Shown piece after piece: positions 61,263 to 64,000 of a stretch of DNA of 64,000 bases. Below the pieces are notes generated by a model. That model was not told the DNA's origin. It saw only the letters and a list, made by a program, of their open reading frames with translations, and ran no database searches. How positions within the stretch are numbered: the first letter of the stretch is position 1; the number at the start of each line of letters is the position of its first letter. Both the position numbers and the translations under genes were made by a program. The stretch is from Patescibacteria group bacterium. GTDB lineage: Bacteria; Patescibacteriota; Minisyncoccia; Phycocordibacterales; UBA918. The stretch is from the NCBI GenBank assembly GCA_019745315.1, contig JAIETH010000001.1, positions 90,526 through 154,525 on the forward strand, read 5' to 3'.

Positions 61263-62672
61263 ATGACTCAAAAATGGAATTTACAAGACATTGTTCCTCC
61301 CGATCGTTCAAAACGTAATGCTGAACGCAGAGAAGGTCAGGCATCACGCCAAGCACCAGCTCGTGAGATGCGTGTAGCGCCTCAGACACCTTTATCACCA
61401 AAAGAGCCGCCGCGTCCAATGCTCGATACTATGCCTCCTGTCGATACTTCTTCTTTTGAAGAGAAGAATTCGTATATGAATGCTGAAAAAACTACAAAAA
61501 AGTTTAACCAAGGAGATGGGGGAGTTATACGAAAGTATATCTATGGAGGACTCGGCCTGGTTGCCATTGGTGCATTAGGTTTCCTGGTAACCATTATTCT
61601 CAATGGTGCAGAGATTACGGTAAAGCCAAAGACGTATGACACAACCGTCCAGGCGTCATTTTCTGCTAAATTAAAACCTGCAACTGGAGAATTGGGGTAT
61701 GAAATACTCACCCTCACTGAAGAAGGTGAGCGACAAGTGGCTGCAAAGGGTACTGAAGATGTAAAGCAGGCTGCGGCAGGTGAGATCACTGTATTTAATT
61801 CCCATAGCGCTTCGTCTCAAAGATTGATCAAGAGCACTCGCTTTGAAGCTGATGGAGGACGTATTTACCGAATCACTGAGGCAATTGATATACCAGGATA
61901 TAAAAAGGCAGCAGATGGAACAATTACTCCAGGTTCGATAAAGGCTCGTGTAGTAGCTGATGGTACAGGAGAGAGCTATAACCTTACTTCAGGAAAGCTC
62001 AGTGTACCGGGACTTAAAGGTAGCGACCAATACACGAACATATATGCAGAAGTAGGAGTTTCTGGGATTGTGGGTGGATTTGAGGGAGCAAAGTTTATTA
62101 TCGAAGAAGCTGAGCTTATGGCTGCAAAAGAGGCGCTTCATGCCGAACTGAAGACAAAGCTTACCAGTCGCTTGAGCGCTGAGCGTCCAAATGGTTTCGT
62201 GGTCTACGAGCCTGCAATTACTTTTTCAACCACATCGCTTCCTCCAGGGGAGGGTGGGTCTCAAGTTGCGATTATAAAAGAACAGGTTTCTCTCGTAGCT
62301 CCGCTTTTTAATGAGACAACGTTCTCATCGTTCATTGCAAAAAATACACTTGCCGGGTATAAAGGAGAGTCTGTTCGACTTGAAGACCCGACGGCCCTCA
62401 CGTTTGCCTACGACGGCGAAGTCCCACAGAATCTTGGTGCCGCTGAAGCAATATCATTCAAACTTTCTGGAGCTATACGAGTTATCTGGAACTTTGATAG
62501 TCAAGCGCTAAAAGAAGAGTTGAAGGGAGCTCCTGAGTCAACCCTTCCTGCAATTTTGGCAAAATATGAGGCTATTGATAAGGCGAAGGCGGTTATACGT
62601 CCAATATGGAAGAATACCTTCCCTAAAGACCCTGAAGATATCGTGATTACAGAGACGCAGGAAATCGAATAA
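61263..62672 (+). CDS. membrane-anchored protein with a baseplate-J-like domain
   Basis: A.G.ITVFN, L...TRF, V.AD..GE.YN, GGF.G. Confidence 0.55.
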   Translation: MTQKWNLQDIVPPDRSKRNAERREGQASRQAPAREMRVAPQTPLSPKEPPRPMLDTMPPVDTSSFEEKNSYMNAEKTTKKFNQGDGGVIRKYIYGGLGLVAIGALGFLVTIILNGAEITVKPKTYDTTVQASFSAKLKPATGELGYEILTLTEEGERQVAAKGTEDVKQAAAGEITVFNSHSASSQRLIKSTRFEADGGRIYRITEAIDIPGYKKAADGTITPGSIKARVVADGTGESYNLTSGKLSVPGLKGSDQYTNIYAEVGVSGIVGGFEGAKFIIEEAELMAAKEALHAELKTKLTSRLSAERPNGFVVYEPAITFSTTSLPPGEGGSQVAIIKEQVSLVAPLFNETTFSSFIAKNTLAGYKGESVRLEDPTALTFAYDGEVPQNLGAAEAISFKLSGAIRVIWNFDSQALKEELKGAPESTLPAILAKYEAIDKAKAVIRPIWKNTFPKDPEDIVITETQEIE

Positions 62673-62756
62673 TATGCATATTTTACAGGTTTTTATGGCT
62701 TATACAGTCCGTATGTTGACGATCTTTCCTAAGTCTGTTAAACTCAAGCTCGTTTG

Positions 62757-62972
62757 ATGGACATTCAGACAGAAGACAACCTCACATATGGTGTTGTGGA
62801 GGAGGCACTGCCTGATGCTCTTTTTCGTGTAGAAACAGACGACGGGAAAAAAGTACTTGCCTATCTTGCGGGAAAAATGCGAAAATTTCGCATACGAGTC
62901 CTTGTAGGAGATAAAGTAGGTCTCGTCATGGATCCATACGGAGGGAAGAGTCGTATCACCAAAAGACTATAA
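62757..62972 (+). CDS. infA: translation initiation factor IF-1
   Basis: G.V.EALP...FRV, LAGKMR..RIRVL.GDKV. Confidence 0.95.
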   Translation: MDIQTEDNLTYGVVEEALPDALFRVETDDGKKVLAYLAGKMRKFRIRVLVGDKVGLVMDPYGGKSRITKRL

Positions 62973-63005
62973 GAAAGAGAGGTACGAAAAAATCTATACA
63001 ACAAT

Positions 63006-63122
63006 ATGAAAGTACGATCATCAGTAAAAAAGTTTAGTCCAGACGACATCATTGTTCGTCGTCGTGGTCGTATTTACGTAATCAATAAGAAGAAGCCTCG
63101 TCATAAGCAGCGCCAAGGCTAA
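63006..63122 (+). CDS. rpmJ: 50S ribosomal protein L36 (Cys-free)
   Basis: [38 protein letters not shown]. Confidence 0.95.
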   Translation: MKVRSSVKKFSPDDIIVRRRGRIYVINKKKPRHKQRQG

Positions 63123-63148
63123 CTATTGCTAAGTCATTTACATAATTT

Positions 63149-63526
63149 ATGCGTATTTCTGGTATCACTATCCCTGACAAGAAACGAATTGAGTTCGGTC
63201 TCACTGCTGTATATGGTGTGGGTCGTCCTCGAGCAGAGGAAATTCTAAAGGGTCTCAATATTCCTCTTGGAACTCGTCCAACAGAATTGACTCCTGAGCA
63301 GGAACAGTTGATACGCGAGAAGGTTGAATCTTTCACCATTGAAGGAGAGTTGCGTCGAGAGACATCTGCGCACATCAAGCGACTCAAAGATATCAAGGCA
63401 TACCGAGGTATGCGCCATGCAAAACGACTTCCTGCTCGTGGTCAGCGCACAAAGACGAATGCGCGCACATTGAAGGGAGTACGTAAGACGATGGGAAGTG
63501 GTCGCCGTAAGGTTGAGAAGACATAA
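63149..63526 (+). CDS. rpsM: 30S ribosomal protein S13
   Basis: YRGMRH...LP.RGQRTKTNART. Confidence 0.97.
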   Translation: MRISGITIPDKKRIEFGLTAVYGVGRPRAEEILKGLNIPLGTRPTELTPEQEQLIREKVESFTIEGELRRETSAHIKRLKDIKAYRGMRHAKRLPARGQRTKTNARTLKGVRKTMGSGRRKVEKT

Positions 63527-63553
63527 ACAAGCGCTATAACGATTGAAACACCT

Positions 63554-63982
63554 ATGGGTAAGAAACGAATCATAAAAAAGAGCGGAGGAGACCAGTCAGG
63601 ATCATCGACTGCGCTTTCTCGTATTCCAAAGAAAAAAGTAGAGTCTGGTATCTTGAATGTTACTGCGACATTTAATAACACCATCCTCACACTTGCAGAT
63701 TCAAAGGGAAATGCACTTATTAGCGCATCAAGTGGTGCACTTGGTTTCAATGGTTCTCGTAAGAGCACACCATTTGCTGCAGCAAAGGTTGGAGAAGTTA
63801 TTGCTGACAAGGCTCTGCAGATGGGCATGAAAGAGGCTTCAGTTGTTATTAAGGGTGTTGGAGCGGGACGTGAGTCAGCGCTTCGCGCATTTGCTGGTAA
63901 GGGGATCAATGTGGTAAAGATTAGTGATCGGACACCGGTTCCTCACAATGGACCACGTCCACCTAAGGCTCGTCGTGTTTAA
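63554..63982 (+). CDS. rpsK: 30S ribosomal protein S11
   Basis: ATFNNT, RKSTPFAA, GAGRESA.R, D.TP.PHNG.RPPK.RRV. Confidence 0.97.
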   Translation: MGKKRIIKKSGGDQSGSSTALSRIPKKKVESGILNVTATFNNTILTLADSKGNALISASSGALGFNGSRKSTPFAAAKVGEVIADKALQMGMKEASVVIKGVGAGRESALRAFAGKGINVVKISDRTPVPHNGPRPPKARRV

Positions 63983-64000
63983 TATTTTATAGCGTATGAT

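Noticed and set aside
61263-62672. Prophage baseplate gene
   Set aside because: It is membrane-anchored, flanked by housekeeping genes, and has no other phage structural genes nearby.

Overview
This is a gene-dense chromosomal window. Its gene content and compact gene variants point to Patescibacteria/CPR, probably Parcubacteria (inference). The core genes are gdhA, tgt, uvrBAC, ddl, trhO, the atpBEFHAGDC operon, ychF, leuS, mltG, mnmA, alaS and infA-rpmJ-rpsM-rpsK. The accessory region at 17.2-27.2 kb holds two blocks. (1) A ~4.8 kb element sits at the 3' end of tRNA-Ala(TGC), bounded by GTCCACA repeats. Its large serine recombinase ORF runs through the attachment site, so excision would give it a different in-frame 33-residue C-terminal tail. 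It also carries a cloverleaf small RNA resembling P4 CI / P1 c4, whose seed has four complementary sites, two of them inside the recombinase CDS, and a ClpP-class protease / small protein / PemK-like three-gene cargo. (2) Seven head-to-tail stand-alone receiver or pseudo-receiver genes follow, each a separate promoter-RBS-ORF-terminator unit, with no kinase in the window. About ten more units of the same design are scattered between largely leaderless core genes, including a solo sigma region-4 protein and a frameshifted RNase III. Two related ~120-nt structured elements follow atpE and atpD. All family assignments come from motif recognition by eye; no database search was run.
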